Assembly (NCBI RefSeq): GCF_009834535.1
Contig: NC_045696.1
Span: forward strand, 111,974,001 to 112,038,000
DNA from: Camelus ferus
Taxonomy: Eukaryota
Direction: 5' to 3'
Length of the DNA stretch: 64,000 nt
The notes below the pieces were generated by a model. The model saw only the letters and a list, made by a program, of their open reading frames with translations. It did not search any database and had not been told where the DNA came from. Shown here one piece after another: positions 39,371-52,800 of this stretch. The position numbers and the translations under genes are program-made. Each line of letters starts with the position of its first letter. Position 1 is the stretch's first letter.

Positions 39371-39969
39371 AAAAACATTCTAAAATAGAGTTGATTTTTG
39401 CCTTAGAAAGGGAAGTCAAACAAAACTGAGGGACTATCCAGAGAGGCAGTATTTGAAGGAGAGCGCTTTTAAATGATAAAATGTAAAATGGAATGAGGAG
39501 AGGGGCGGCCACCCTTGCTTTGAGGGGACAGTCTTTACCATGTCCTCTTCAATGTTGTGTCCCCGGTTATTTCTTTTGGGGTGTAGGGTCTTAAAGACTG
39601 CCTTGCTTGTCTATGCCCTTTTCCCCTCCAATCTGGGAAAGATAAGATTTAAGTACATGGAGCAATGTCCCAAGGAAGAGCAATGAAAAATGTCAAGGAC
39701 ATTCTAAAGGATACCTCCCAGTACTCTCTTTAGAAGGACCCATGGGAGATGTTGATCTCCAACTCTATTCATCAGCATCTGGAAAACCAGAGATTCTTCT
39801 GAACACTGAGGCTGTTTTCATCCTGTGGACGCCAAGGACCTCACCACTGGGATCACCAGGACCCTTGTGCAAGGTTGCATGCACCTCAGTGCTCCAATCT
39901 GACTCCAACGTTTATTCTCCTATTTCCCCTTAAGTCAATTAGCCTAACTTTTTTTTTTTAATCCTTTCA

Positions 39970-40800
39970 CTTTTTAAAATTGAGATGTAATTCACATACT
40001 ATAAAATTTACCTTTTAAAGTGTATAGTTCAGAGGTTTTTAATATAGTCACAAAGTTCTAATACTGTCAACTCCAGGAAGAAACCCACTCGCAGTCACTC
40101 CCCATTATCCAATCTCTCCAGCCTCTGGCCACTCCTAATAACCTGTCTCTATGGATTTGCCTATTCTGGAAATTTTATTTAGGTGAATTCATGCATTATG
40201 TGGCCTTTGTGACTGGCTTCTTACACTCAGCATAATACTTTCAAGGGCCATCCATGTTGGACCATGTATCAGTATTTCATCCCTTTTTATGGCTGAATAA
40301 CATTCCACTGTATGGATAGACCACGTTTTATTTGTCTCTTCATTAATTAGCAGACATTTGGGTTGTTTCCACTTTTTGGCTTTTATGAATAACACCGAAA
40401 TGAGCATTTCTATCAAGTTTTTGTGGGGCACATGTTTTCAGTTCTCCTGAGTACCCATCTGGAGTAGAAATGATGGGTGATACAGTAACTCTATGTTTAA
40501 TTCTTTGAGGAACTGCCAAATCCAGATCCAAAGTGGCTGCACCATTTTACATTCCCACCAGCAATGTGTGAGCATTTCTGCTTCTCTTTGCCAGCATTTG
40601 TTATTGTCTATTTTTTTGATGTGGGTGTGAAGTGGTAACTCAGTGTGATTTTGATTTGTACTTCCCTGATCACTAAACACACTGAGTCTCATTTTGTGTG
40701 TTTATGGCCATTTGTATGTCTTCTTTGGTGAAATGTCTATTCAAATCCGTTGTCTATTTTTTAATTAGGTTGCCTTTTTCACCGTTGAGTTGTAATCATT
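39970..40800 (-). mobile_element. Ancient L1 (L1MB-like) 3' fragment
   Basis: Peptides THCWWECKMVQPLW, KKWKQPKC and YSAIKRDEIL; 3' end ttgagatgtaattcacatactataaaattta. Confidence 0.85.
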
Positions 40801-41964
40801 TTTTTAAAACAATACTTTTATAGACTCCCTTGCATTCTTTGGAGGTGGCATTGAGTGAGAAATACATTTACATAAAAAGGGTTGGAGTTTGTTTATACTT
40901 GCCTTTTTGCAGAAATGAAACTTCCATTAGTTTTGATATGCTTAAGGTGATATTCCATATCCTAAATCAAATTTTTAATACACGAACATACTAAACCACA
41001 AATTCTATCCGTCATGTTTAAAGTTCCAGAGGCTGAAATAATTGTTCATATTCTGCCAACTGGTACTAGGGAAGGATTTGCCATTTTTACTGTTTTGTCA
41101 TCCATATATACTAAATACTTTAAAAAAAATAATAAAAAGGACAAAGAAATTAAGATGGACTTTCTGTAAATCTAAAGAACTTTTTCTTTAAATGTGAACA
41201 GTCTCACAGAGAAATTACTCTGATAGCTGTAAAAAAAAAAAAAAAACAAAAAAAAAACAAAAAAAACCACGTAGGCTTTCTATTCCACTAGCTACATTCC
41301 TTCTCGTTAACTTCTTTAAACCACTCTCAATCAGATCACTTACTAATTTAAAGGCCTGTTTTCCTTTAACGGGTGAATCAAAATAAGAAGACATCTTGTT
41401 TTGACTTTTTATTCTGTAAAATAGCAACTAATTATTAAACTAGAATCTACACTGGTGCTTAAATCATACTTTGGTCCCTTTACCTACCTGAGAGGAATTT
41501 ACTGACACTACTGATAGTTTAACATTGGAAAATAACAACTCTTCTTAAGCTGTTTAGTATTTGATGGCTGAAATAGTTTTCCGAAACACAACAAGCTGTA
41601 AATGGATCCACGGGCTATTAATTTGCAGTGCATGGCACCAATGGGAAAAGCTGGTTAGTTGCGTTGATGCGATTAGAGGCATTACATAACCATCCTCAGA
41701 GTAACTCAGGGATAACGTCCCATCTCTAGTGCTCCTTAAGTATGCAAAGCTGCAAGTGGTAAAGGTCCCAAGTCAGAGGAAAAGACAAAAGGCGGAGAGG
41801 TCAAAGCACCTCCTGAAGGAATGTTAACGTGTTAGAAGAGGGGAGGAGTCTTCTAATGAGAGGATGCGGCATTCGTCATCTGTGATAACACAATTTCTCT
41901 CTGCGCAGGAGGGATCGGCCATCCATGCCCTCTCCAATCTTACCTGCACATTTCCATCTTTTTT

Positions 41965-42545
41965 TTTTCTTTCTGATTGAGGTAAAACACACGCACAGTT
42001 ATGCACACACCCAATCAATGTGTAGGACGTCCAGCACCCACCAGAGTCCTGGGGTAACCACCATACTCATCCCCGTACCGAGATTAGGTTTGTTCATTTT
42101 AAATCTTTATCCAAAGGGAATTATGTAGAATATTCTCTTTTATTCTGAGTTCTTTTATTCAACAGTACGTCTGTGAGGTTCACCCATGCTGTTGTATTTA
42201 CTAGTGGTTAGTTCCTTTTTTCTTGCTATGCACATTCCGTAATTTGAATAGGTCACAATTTATTTACACATTCTACCGCTGATGGACACGTGGGCTATTT
42301 CCAGCCTTGGGCTATCATGCACAGAGCTGCTGTGAACATTCTTGAGACCATCTTTTGGAAGCCTAGGCAATCACTTCTCCCGAGGATCTCCCCAGGAGTG
42401 GATCACTGGGTCACACTGGGATGCTCACCCTTAGCAGATATTGCCAAACAGTTCTCCAAACTTTGGCTCGACTTTTACTTCCACCAGCCACATGTGAGAG
42501 TTCAGTTGCTTCACGTCCCACCAACACTAGGTATTATTAATTCTT
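41965..42545 (-). mobile_element. Ancient L1M 3' fragment
   Basis: ttcacccatgctgttg..gatggacacgtgggctatttccag..gctgctgtgaacattc. Confidence 0.7.
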
Positions 42546-42548
42546 TCA

Positions 42549-42605
42549 TTTTATATTGAAGTATAGTCAGTTACAATGTGTCAATTTCTGGTGTACAGCG
42601 TAATG
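42549..42605 (-). mobile_element. Ultra-short L1 3'-terminal fragment
   Basis: attgaagtatagtcagttacaatgtgtcaatttctggtgtacagc is nearly the reverse complement of 37535-37585. No clear TSD. Confidence 0.8.
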
Positions 42606-44608
42606 TGTTAATCTATTTAATGTCAACCTTTCTGGTGGAGTAAAGCACCTGGGGGAGTTCGATTTGCTGGACGTCATTCTATTATTCAGGAACACGGAGC
42701 CACACAAAAGGGACTGTTTGCAAAAATGCACGGGTTTACATTCTGTATCCCTGGATTCCACTGTCATCCTGGGGACAATGGGGAAGGCCATCTCCAAGTG
42801 TAGGCTCAGACCCCAGAAGCAGGAGGCAGTCCTGGCGTCTCTCTGGAGGCAGGGCGTTCACTCGGAGTTGTATATTTTCACATTTTTGAGAGCTCAGAGT
42901 CCAAGGGTGCCACAGCTCAGTTTCCATCCCAATTTCCATTCAGCTTAAAGTTGTTCAGGAGCTTGGTCCCGACACTTCCAGGACACATAGTGGGAATCCT
43001 TCACCCATTACAGTTTGCACGTAATTCTCTTCCTGGCCTCAGTAAATCCCGAAGTCGACAGAATTTACTAGAAGCAACTTCCATCTTTCCCTCTGGCAGG
43101 GCCATATCACAACTGCCTCCTGGGCGGCCCCACTTTGAAACACCAGGGAAATTCGTTCGTTCTATTTTAAGATTTAAACAACGTCGCCAAATCAAAATGC
43201 TGTTTAGAAGTCAGGCGATGTTATTAAACAACCCCGAAAGAAACAAACAAGGAAGAATGGGGGACTTGCACCCTCCAATGTCAAAACAGAACATTTCTGT
43301 CCTAAAGTCATTTGGAAAATAAAACCATGAGAAATTTTTTAAAGTCATGGAGATCCATTATATTGGCGAGATGAAGTGTCAGCTCAATTAAGTGTGAATT
43401 TGGGACAAAAACATTCCTTCTCTTGAGGAAATAGGGTGTCCTTGGTCCCAGCACTAAAAAGATGCCTGTCTCCATTAATCCCGTTCATGGGATCAACACA
43501 ACTCTTTGTTTCCCAGCATTAAAGGTAGAGGGATGGGAGAGATAACCTAACTGTGAGAGTTAATATTGTGTGATGGCAGACTGGTTTACGTGCTCAGTAC
43601 CACTCCAGGAAGAGCAAATTCCAGGCTGAACTGTATGCATGGATTTATTGAGCAATTTAGGCAGCCACCCTCCAGAGAATTGCTGTCACTGGGAGAAGGT
43701 ACTTCAAGGGCCATGTTCATGGCCCCGGAACCCGGGGACTGCAGGAGAATTTCGGGTTGCTATTTTCACAGAGACATTTGTTTCCAAACAAAGGGCTCTC
43801 TGCCAGCTATTTTAGAAGTCCTTGCATATTTATTCAGCCACCTCTCTGTGCTGGGGACTGTCTCTGGGCACTGAGGTTTTATCATCAATGTCTATTTAAA
43901 GCAGAATGAAAAATAGCTCAAGATGAAAACATAGGATATTTCCAGCCGAGCATGTGAGACGCTTCCTTTTCTTACAGAGCTGCTATCTGGTTTCTCCCTC
44001 TCTCCGTCTCTGAAATTGCCACCTGTCCTGCAGTCTTTGGTGTGCCTTAGTTTAATTGGCGCTGTTTTCTTTTTAGTGGTACATAAAATTATACTGCGCC
44101 TTAACAAATTATAGTTTGGATGAAATGTGGTGTACGTGTGTGTACAGTTTTGAGGGAAAGCAAATCTTCTCTCTTCGGACCGATTTACAAGCACTATCTG
44201 GTTACATCCACCACAGAACAAACGACAACCAGGCTTCATGTCATCAAAGGGGGCAATATGCAAATTACAGAAGGAGGCAAGATGGAAAAAGTAAAAATGG
44301 GCTCAATGTATCAACGCACTGATTCAAACTCTAACTCTTGGGAAGATCAGATAAAAGTTTCTGATTTGGGATCTCCACTTCTCCGGTACTCTTTGCCTCC
44401 AACCCACTGCAGAATGAGCTAGAAATACAAGGCATCATGTCGAGGACCCAAATAAGAATGGGCCTCACCTCTGTGCCTGCCCTCGGGATGCTCCCAGCCC
44501 GGGCAGGGGCCACCTGCTGTGCTCCCTCCTCTCCCACCCCACACATCCCTCCCTCCTGAACTCAAAACGAGCCTGACCTTTAATAAAAGAAATGTTCACA
44601 TATTCAGC

Positions 44609-45208
44609 TGTGGGGAAGCCATTCTGGCTGACACCTGAGTTAACCTGAATTTGATGCTAACTGACACAGCCTGTCTGTGGCCTATCAAACATACATTGTA
44701 TATCTATTTTAATTATTAAAGTAAAAGGCACATTGACCAGAAGTAAAGAATGTCCATGTTAAAAATAAAGATTAAATGCCCTTCTTCCCGGGACGCCAGT
44801 GCTGGTCCTCCCTTGATGATAAGACTCCCTTCCCAGGTTCAAGGCTATACTGTACGTGCCGGACGTGTACGGGCTGGTCTGTTCATTTTTTTTTTTTAAA
44901 TAAACCTTGAAGAAATGTATCCATGGCTTGTTTCATGTTCTTTTTCCTGACAAGACATAAAAGTGTGCTGAAATCCTGCTTCTCCAGAGCAGCTTCTCAG
45001 AGTAACCTGGGAAGTGGGCTTCCAGGCTAGTCCTCAGTTTGGCTTAAATAAAGTTCTTTTCTATTCCTTTTTTTTTTTTTCAATTGAAGTAATATCAGTT
45101 ACAACGTGTCAGTTTCTGGTGTAGAGCACAATGTCTCAGTCGTGCACATGCATCCATATCTCTTTTCTATTCTTACTACTGAACGTTTATTGATTATTTT
45201 CATTGACA
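44609..45208 (+). mobile_element. ERV LTR related to the 29078-29593 LTR, interrupted by a short L1
   Basis: The 3' part cagagcagcttctcagag..ccaggctagtcctcag..aataaa..cattgaca parallels the 29.5 kb LTR end. The 5' boundary is uncertain. Confidence 0.6.
45067..45160 (-). mobile_element. Short L1 3'-terminal insertion inside the LTR
   Basis: Poly-T tract plus L1 terminus; perfect 12-bp TSD tcttttctattc at 45055-45066 and 45161-45172. Confidence 0.88.
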
Positions 45209-45674
45209 CTTTGAAAGTCACCCCGCAGAGGTGCCATGAACATGTCACAGTGTGGGGATGTGAGAATGGGCCCCACCTGCTCCTTGCTGGAGGAGCACCC
45301 TTAGGAGGGAGGTGGGTTGAAGGACAAGCGGGAGGGAGGGAGGGCAGGTGGGGACAGCATCACACTCAAGGCTATAGCCTCCGACCAGTGTGCTCAGTGC
45401 TCAGCAGTGGCCCACGTGGGGACCTCTGGTCGGTGTCCAGGGCGGGCTGAGCTGTCTGCGTAGGGCTGTCACTCACACTGACTCACTTGGAGCTGATTCT
45501 CTAAGTGGCGAAGGGCCGTGGCTCAGTGCTGGTGCTGGGCTGTGTGGTGCTGGGTCTGAGCCCCCAAGGACAAATGTCGAATTTGAGAGTACTTCTTGTT
45601 TTGAGCAAATGGACCACTGGGCTGTCCTGTACAGTCACTGAGGACCATACTGATGACCGAACAGGGTATCCTTT

Positions 45675-46183
45675 TTTGTTTTTTTAAACTGAGACATAGT
45701 TGATTTACAATGCTATGTTAGTTTCTGGTGTACACCATTGTGACTCAGTTATACTATATATATTGTTTCTCATATTCTTTTTCATTTTAGGCTACTACAA
45801 GATATTGAATGTAGTTCCCCGTGCTCTACACCAGGACCTTGCTAATCTATTCTGTATATAGTAGTTTATATCTGCTAATCCCAAACTGTTAATTTAGCCC
45901 TCTCTCCCACCTTCGACCCTTGGTAACAGTAAGTTCGTTTTCTATGTGAGTCTCTTTCTGTTTTATAAATAAGTTCGTTTGTGTCGTTTTTTTTTTTTAA
46001 AGATTTCATGTATGTGGTATCATATAATATTTGTTTTTCTCTGACTTGCTTCACTTAGTGTGAGAATCTCTAGGTCCATCCACATTGCTTCAAGTGGCAT
46101 ATTTCATTCTTTTTATGGCTGAGCAGTATCCCACTGTACAATGGCATATACATATATACCACACCTTCTTTATCCAGTCACCT
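45675..46183 (-). mobile_element. 5'-truncated L1 3'UTR insertion
   Basis: Aligns with 1-510. Decayed TSD gaacagggtatccttt (45659) / gaacaggccattcttt (46184). Confidence 0.9.
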
Positions 46184-46229
46184 GAACAGGCCATTCTTTG
46201 GAGGCCAGGATGGGTCATCACCGTAGCAG

Positions 46230-46440
46230 GAGGAAGAGTAACATGAGCTGACACTTAGGCAGGAAATGTCCTTAGTCGCTGCCATAAATCCATTCATTCA
46301 TTCCCCACAGTAGCCAGATAAAGTAGGTGCTATTATGATCTCCACGTTACAGACAAGGAAGCAGAGGCGCAGGGATGGGAAATCACCTGCCCCAGACGGC
46401 ACGGAGCCAAGTAAGTGGTGGGCTGTGCTGTGAGTCCAAG
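46230..46440. mobile_element. MIR SINE
   Basis: gtaggtgctattatgatctccacgttacagacaaggaagcagaggc matches the MIR core. Confidence 0.7.
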
Positions 46441-47017
46441 CTGCCCCTCGGGTCTGTGCCTTCGGCCCCAACACTGCCCACTGCTCTTCAGAAGCAGGAG
46501 ACAAGCAAACCATGCTCTGGAGGCCCCTGGTTTCTCCTAATCCCTCTCCAGTTCGTCCTGATGCTTGAAACCCCTCCCCCACAGACCCACCCGATACTGA
46601 CCCTACCCTGGACAGGATGAAGCTCTGAGGATCCAAGCAAGCGAGGCCCACGCCCTTCTGCTGTGCGTGGCTCAGGGTGGGGAGAGGGCTGGGGGGGGGC
46701 GTGGGCAAGACAAAGGCAGGTCGGGGGGATCCAGACCAACAAGCAAGGGTCCCCAGATGTGGTTCTGTTCCTGTCAAGGTACCAGAACACCTGACCAGCT
46801 GACACAGAAAACCAGGGTTTCTCAAACTTCAGTCCATGACTACCTTCATGGTTTTCCACATACTCTCAGGCCAGTATCCTCTGATGATTTTTGTCTAAAT
46901 TAATATTTTGGTTGAATAAATTTTAGAGAATTTTGTTTACTACTACAAAGAGGAAAGTAGTAGCATTGGCCGTAAGTACGAGGTAAGAAGAGAAAATAAA
47001 CAGCATTTTCAGGTCAA

Positions 47018-47178
47018 CTGCCTGAGTTTGTAAATAAAGTGTTATTGGAACAAAGCCGTGCCTTTACGAAGACTTCAGGCTGCAACGGCAGAGTTAAGTA
47101 GTGGCAACTAACGCCCAATGGCCTGCAAAGCCTAAGGTCTACACTATCTGGCCATTTCAGAAAGTTTGCACACCTCTG
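47018..47178. mobile_element. MER58A-like partial element
   Basis: tttgtaaataaagtgttattggaaca..ggcctgcaaagcctaa..aagtttgcacacctctg. Confidence 0.75.
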
Positions 47179-50100
47179 AAGTAAACATAATTTAGTCCTA
47201 ACTAGGGACGGTTTGTTGCCTGTCCTCTCTGTCAAAAAGAGGGGATAGCAAAGGACATACTGAATCAAATGGAGATTTTTCTCACTGGCAATAAGAAGAC
47301 TGAATGCATACTAAAAACAGAATTAACTTTTTCACTGCACGATTTGACATAATCCGATGCTAAGTTCAGTACTCCCAACAATTCTGTTTCACATCACTGG
47401 ATGCAGACTTTATAGCAGGGGAAATACTGTATTAAACCAACACACATATCAAATCAAATCAAATCATATATGTAAATGATAGCGTACGTGACTTGGGAGC
47501 AAAGATGGGTGAAGATACTGAAGACTTTTTCACGTTAAATACACACAAGAACTTTCTTAGAGAAGCAAAGTGAAGCTGAAAAGATACTGGGAACTGGAAT
47601 CGGGCCTGTGGGTTTATGGCAGCACCGAGACTTCAAGCAGGTCTCAGCCTCTCTGAATTTCAGGACACCGAGGATCAGAATCCACGCCTGTCCTACCCAC
47701 CGCAGGGGATGACCTGCCTTGGGAGACTTTGTGGCTGTCATAGCACATTGTGACCGTCAGCTGTCACATCATCACCCTCGTCCTCCCCAGCTCTCCTCCC
47801 ACGTGGCTGCCTGCAGAAGCGGTGTTGCTGATGAGGCCAAAGGGTGATAAGACGTGCTTGGGAGGAAGGAGATGATGGATCCAGGGGGAAGGCAGGCCAC
47901 AGAGCCCCAGATAAAGGAAGCGGAGAGTTGGAAGGTGCCACAGAGGCTGAAAAAGGAGGATGTAGGGTGGGAGGGAGTCTCTGCCTCGGTGACAACGTGG
48001 CCTGGGTTTGGCACTGCCCAGGAGACCCCAGCGGCCTCACCTTGAGCTGACAATGCAGGAAGCATCCTTTCTACCACCCCAGGTCAGCCTTCCCCACGAA
48101 GTAGGGCTCTCCGGTGCCAGGATCCTAGCCCATTCTCTGATTACACGTGTCCCGGCATCTCCGGGCAAATGAGCCATCTGCCTCCAAGTTTACAGTAGCC
48201 AAGGAAGGCGGATGTTTATTTTAGAAACGATGCCTGCAAGCTTTATTCTTAATGTGGTGACAGAATATTTGGGGCTGTACATCTACACAGTGGCGTTAGA
48301 AACAATTCAACATGAACAGAGCCTCTGCCTTTCACTTTTGTCCTGAAGGAGGATCCAGGCTGTAGATGTTAAAATTTTAAGAAAGCCTGTGGCAGCAACG
48401 ACACCAGCACCGAACAGACCCTGTGTCAGCACCAGAGGAGGAAGCCGAGAGGACAGGTAACATTTACTTAGGACCTATTGGGTGCCAGGCAGGACGCTAA
48501 ATGCATCACCCTCATGAGGTCAGAGGCACAAGACACTCCAGCAAGACCAGACTGTCCACGCTGTGGGTCAGCTGGGCCACCTGCAGCAAAATCACACGTC
48601 CTGCCCAAGACAAGACAGCCGGAGGGTAGGACCAGATCTGAAGCCAGCTCAGGCTAACCTCAAAGCCCTTTGTTCCTTCCTGCGCTCTGCCCTGTTGTGT
48701 AATGGAAATTTCTCCTTCTTCTAAGGTGAGAAAGTGCTGAGGGTCCCGCTTCCAGGAGACAGGCTGCGGGGAGATACGTGTTCGTAAAGCTGCAGGAATT
48801 TTAATACTTCCTTTGGAGTCTGAGTGCTAATGGGCTTCAAGACATCACCGGCTGCTGGTGCCCAAATGGAATCTGTTGGTGGTGTTTTTTTTGTTTTGTT
48901 TTGTTTTGTTTTTTTTTTTCCTTTTTAAATCTCCTGGACAGAGGCAGGAAAATAGTAACTTTTGGTATGTGGAACGGGGCAGCAGGTTTTTATTTTCCAG
49001 CTTCCATGACATTTTTAGATATAAAAGTATAAAGTTTCTAGTCTTTCATTTACTTTGGAGGGGGTGTGCTTTGGGGGAATCTGTGCACGGTGGGGCGAAA
49101 GGAGAAGACGGGGTTCGTGCTCCACCTCTGTTGAACAGAACAAAATGATCATGGTGAACCTTGGAAACATAGTAACAGGCGAGGACAGGGGAACAAATGA
49201 AGAAATAAACTAAAATTAGAAAGACGTTAAGTGCCCTGACAACGATTTTTATGTAATTTTCCAAGTACACAGGGCAACCTACAATATGAATTTCCTCGTT
49301 ATTAAGCCAGTAAAATCCAGCCATACGAGCATATCAATATAATCTGTGCAGCAAGAAAAGTGATTTTAACTGAGGTTAAGGGCCTTAAATCCAAAAGGTT
49401 TGTTTTAATGTACGTTTAACACTAAAGGGGAAATGAGGGACACTGAGAACAACAGGAGCCTCTCGGGGAAGTATCCAAGTGTCCAGACAAAGCACATTCA
49501 TGGCGTCCAGTCTACCCACGGGGACATTCACATCTAAAGTATAAATCGGGAATTTAGAGACTTTATGAAAAGCTGTTTTTAAGCTCAATGTGTCCCCCAT
49601 GAGAAGTTGTCAACGAGTGCTTAGGGACTCTTAAATTCAGAGATTATTCAATTGCTCTATTCTACCAAAACACTTATGAAAGTGTCATAGGGAAAAATGC
49701 AGTGAAATAAACACTGACCAGCATTCTCAAATGAAATCAAAGACGTCTTTTGCCTACCACTCAAAGGCACAGATGACATAAATATAAAACCATAGAGCAA
49801 AGTAAAGAGGTTCTTTTGTAAATTAATGGGCAGCGGTTTTCAAAAAGGAAAGAAGAAATAGGATGTGTTACAGACAGGGGGTGGGGGGGGCGCCCTGGGC
49901 CAATGTCAGAGGCCCCAGGGGCCACCATCCCCCTTCACCACAGCACACGAATCTTCATTTAGGAATAAGTCTCATCTTCCACTTTCCTTTAGGGTCCTCC
50001 TGACCCCCATGTCCAGCCTGTCCCTCCATACCTGCCTTTTTCCAGTGAGCAACTTAATAGCAACTTCGGCAAAAGTGAGCCCCAGCTCTGCCCCTTGTCC

Positions 50101-50984
50101 ATTTCAGCCTCTCCTCTGTCCCGGGATTTTGCATGCAGTTACACATGAGGCCGGCGCAGTTCAAGGTCTCCCGTGGCAAACCCACTAGAAGATCTGATAT
50201 CTTCCAGGGGAGGGAAGTGGCAAGAGGAAGCCAGCTGTTTTCATCCACTGCTGTCTACACAGGATGAAAACCATCGATGGCCACGTCATCCCCAGGCTCC
50301 TAGTCAACACCAGGGCTCCTCTTACCCAGGTGGAAGACACAGCCCTGGAGAAGTTACACAACCTGTTCCGGGCCCGAAGCAGAGACATGAATGACTGGCA
50401 GTGGAACAGACTATACCCAGATCGGCTTTGGGCCTGACAACGTCCCAAGAAGTGAAGCTACAGAGATGCTGGGGTTGGCTGTCTTTTAAAATAGCCACAT
50501 TTAAACCACTTGACCCATCTAACCTCACTGAGCAAAGCATCAGGCCAACTTCTGGGGCTACAAGGTGAGGAAGACAGGATGCTTGTCTTTCAGGAGTTTA
50601 TAATCAAGCCAGGAAGCAAGACAATCTGATGTAAGTTTGTGGTTCTCGGACGTACATTCAGAGTCCTATGAGAGCACGGGGGAAAGATGGATAACTCCGC
50701 CTGGAGTGTGGGATGGGGCTCAGGTGTGGCTTCAGAGAGGAAGTGACACATCAGCAGGCTCCTGGGGGTTCACATGAAGGGGAAAGAGTGGAAGTGCAAT
50801 TCCAGGGCACAGCCTTTGCAGGAACGTGGAGGTGTGAGGCTCTCGGGCCAGCACGCTCAGGGCGGCTGGACACTGGGGTGACGGTCAGTAGAAGACCGAT
50901 GAGGGAGGGAGGCGAGCTGGGGACAGGGTCCCAGAGCAGCCAGGGCAGCGCAGCCAGGTGAGCTGTGGGGTGGGCCACGTCAAG

Positions 50985-51207
50985 CAGAGGTAGGCAAACG
51001 GTGGCCTCCGGGCCAGAGCCAGCCCTACACCTGTTCTTATAAATAAAAGTGTATGGGAACGCAGTCACCCCTCTTTGGGTATTTTCTGTAGCTGCTTTTG
51101 TGCTACAGCGGCAGAGCTGAGGAGCTGAGATGCAGACCACATGGCCCACAAAGCCAAAACATTTTCTATTTCACCCCTTTTTAAAAAAGTTTGCTTGTGG
51201 ATCCCTG
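50985..51207. mobile_element. MER58A-like hAT MITE
   Basis: cagaggtaggcaaac..aaataaaagtgt..ggcccacaaagccaaaacattttctat..ccctg. Confidence 0.8.
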
Positions 51208-51919
51208 GCTCTAAGATTTGAACTGTCCCTGGGATTTCTGTAACTGACTCGAATGCACGTGGTCTTGGCAGCACCGGCTCACCCGTCTCCTCCCCACCCC
51301 CGGATAGCAAGCTGCACCCCAATCTGCACATCTCATTCACACGCCCCAATTTTGTGTCTTCTCTTACTCTCAGTCCTTTTTTTTCTTGTTTTTATTTCAA
51401 GGCTTTGCTGCACCCCTTCCTTGGCCGACACCCTTACAAGCCTCCCGCCCACCAGCAGAAGCTCATCACTCAACTCTGAGTCATTCCGCTTTCTTTGCCT
51501 CCTCCCCAAGTTCTTCATAAATTTCTGTACCACTTTTAGAATGCAGCTGAAAATCGATTTTTCTCCCTTGCTGTTACCCCTTTCAAATCCCACGCTCTGA
51601 CAAATAGCTACTCCTCTACAAAAAGTGTTCCCCTATTGTACAAAGCCCTTGGAAAATACAGCGTATTCCCACTGGCAATTATGGAAGAAAAAAATGAAGG
51701 AATAATCATGCTATTCTGATGGGCCACACTAAAGGATTTCTTTTACTAGTACATCCCCTTATACATTTAAAACCAAATTCGATCTATAAAAATTAAATTT
51801 GCACATGATTTTCTAGGGCGTACATCTCTAGTATAGAGCAAGGAGTATGATTGCTGTTTTATTAACCACTGGCAATAAAGTGAGTCCCTGGGAACCCAGA
51901 GTTTTAAAAGCTGCTTTTT

Positions 51920-52135
51920 ACGGCAGGTAGTATGTATTACTGCCTTGGTCCAAATCCAGCCTGCCCCTTCCCAAGTGTGCTACCTTGAGTAAGTACCTCT
52001 CTGTGACTCAGCATCCACTTCTTCCTGAAAAAGGGGGAGAGAGGAATTATAACCAACCTGTCTTACAGGGCTGTCATGAGCATCAGACGGTATAAAGTAT
52101 CAAAGTGTTTTATGCAGTGTCTGGTGCACAGAAAG
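51920..52135. mobile_element. MIR SINE
   Basis: gtccaaatccagcctgcccc..accttgagtaagt..cttacagggctgtcatgag..agtgtctggtgcacag. Confidence 0.65.
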
Positions 52136-52329
52136 CACCTTGTCCATGGCAGCTACTGCTGTAAAATCATTCTTACATTTCTTTCTTTCTTCCCGCCCCC
52201 CTCCCTACCCCCCACAGCATAAAGAAAAAGAACATATGGGGAACAGCACTGGGGGCTTCATATTTCATGGTGAACATGAAATTTTTGCTTCTCGACTGTG
52301 CCCTGATTCACCCAATGAGAAACACTGCA

Positions 52330-52800
52330 TCCCATGCTCTTGGCCCACGTGGTTTGGGTGGGGCCAACCTCAATCCTGAGCACATGACCCAGAACTAGCC
52401 AATCACAGCATTCTACCTTGCAACCCCGCCCCCAAGTCCTGTAGTCATAGAAGGTCACATGACCCGGGCAGGCCAATGAGAATTGGTCCCTGGGCACTAA
52501 CCATGGATCTCTCTTTTTGCTGGTTAGACTATTTCCATCTTTATCAGCCCTTTGGAAAGTCTTCCCAGAAACAAAACCAATGCAGCAAAAACAAACAAAC
52601 AAACAAACAACAACAACAACAAAACCCAACTATTAGAGATGAAGAGGAACAACGGGCTTGTCCCCACAACAGATGTGAGCCTTGGGAGCCAGTCCTCCTC
52701 CGCCGGACTGACCAGTTACAGGTACTGATGCTTTTTAGCTTATGCCAAGTTGGAGCTGGGTTTTCTGTCCCTTGCATCCAGAGAGTATTGATACGTATGC
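52330..52800 (+). mobile_element. Ancient ERVL/MaLR-type LTR (LTR16-like)
   Basis: ggtcacatgacccgggcaggccaatgaga and a 3' end ..gctgggttttctgtcccttgca. Confidence 0.55.
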
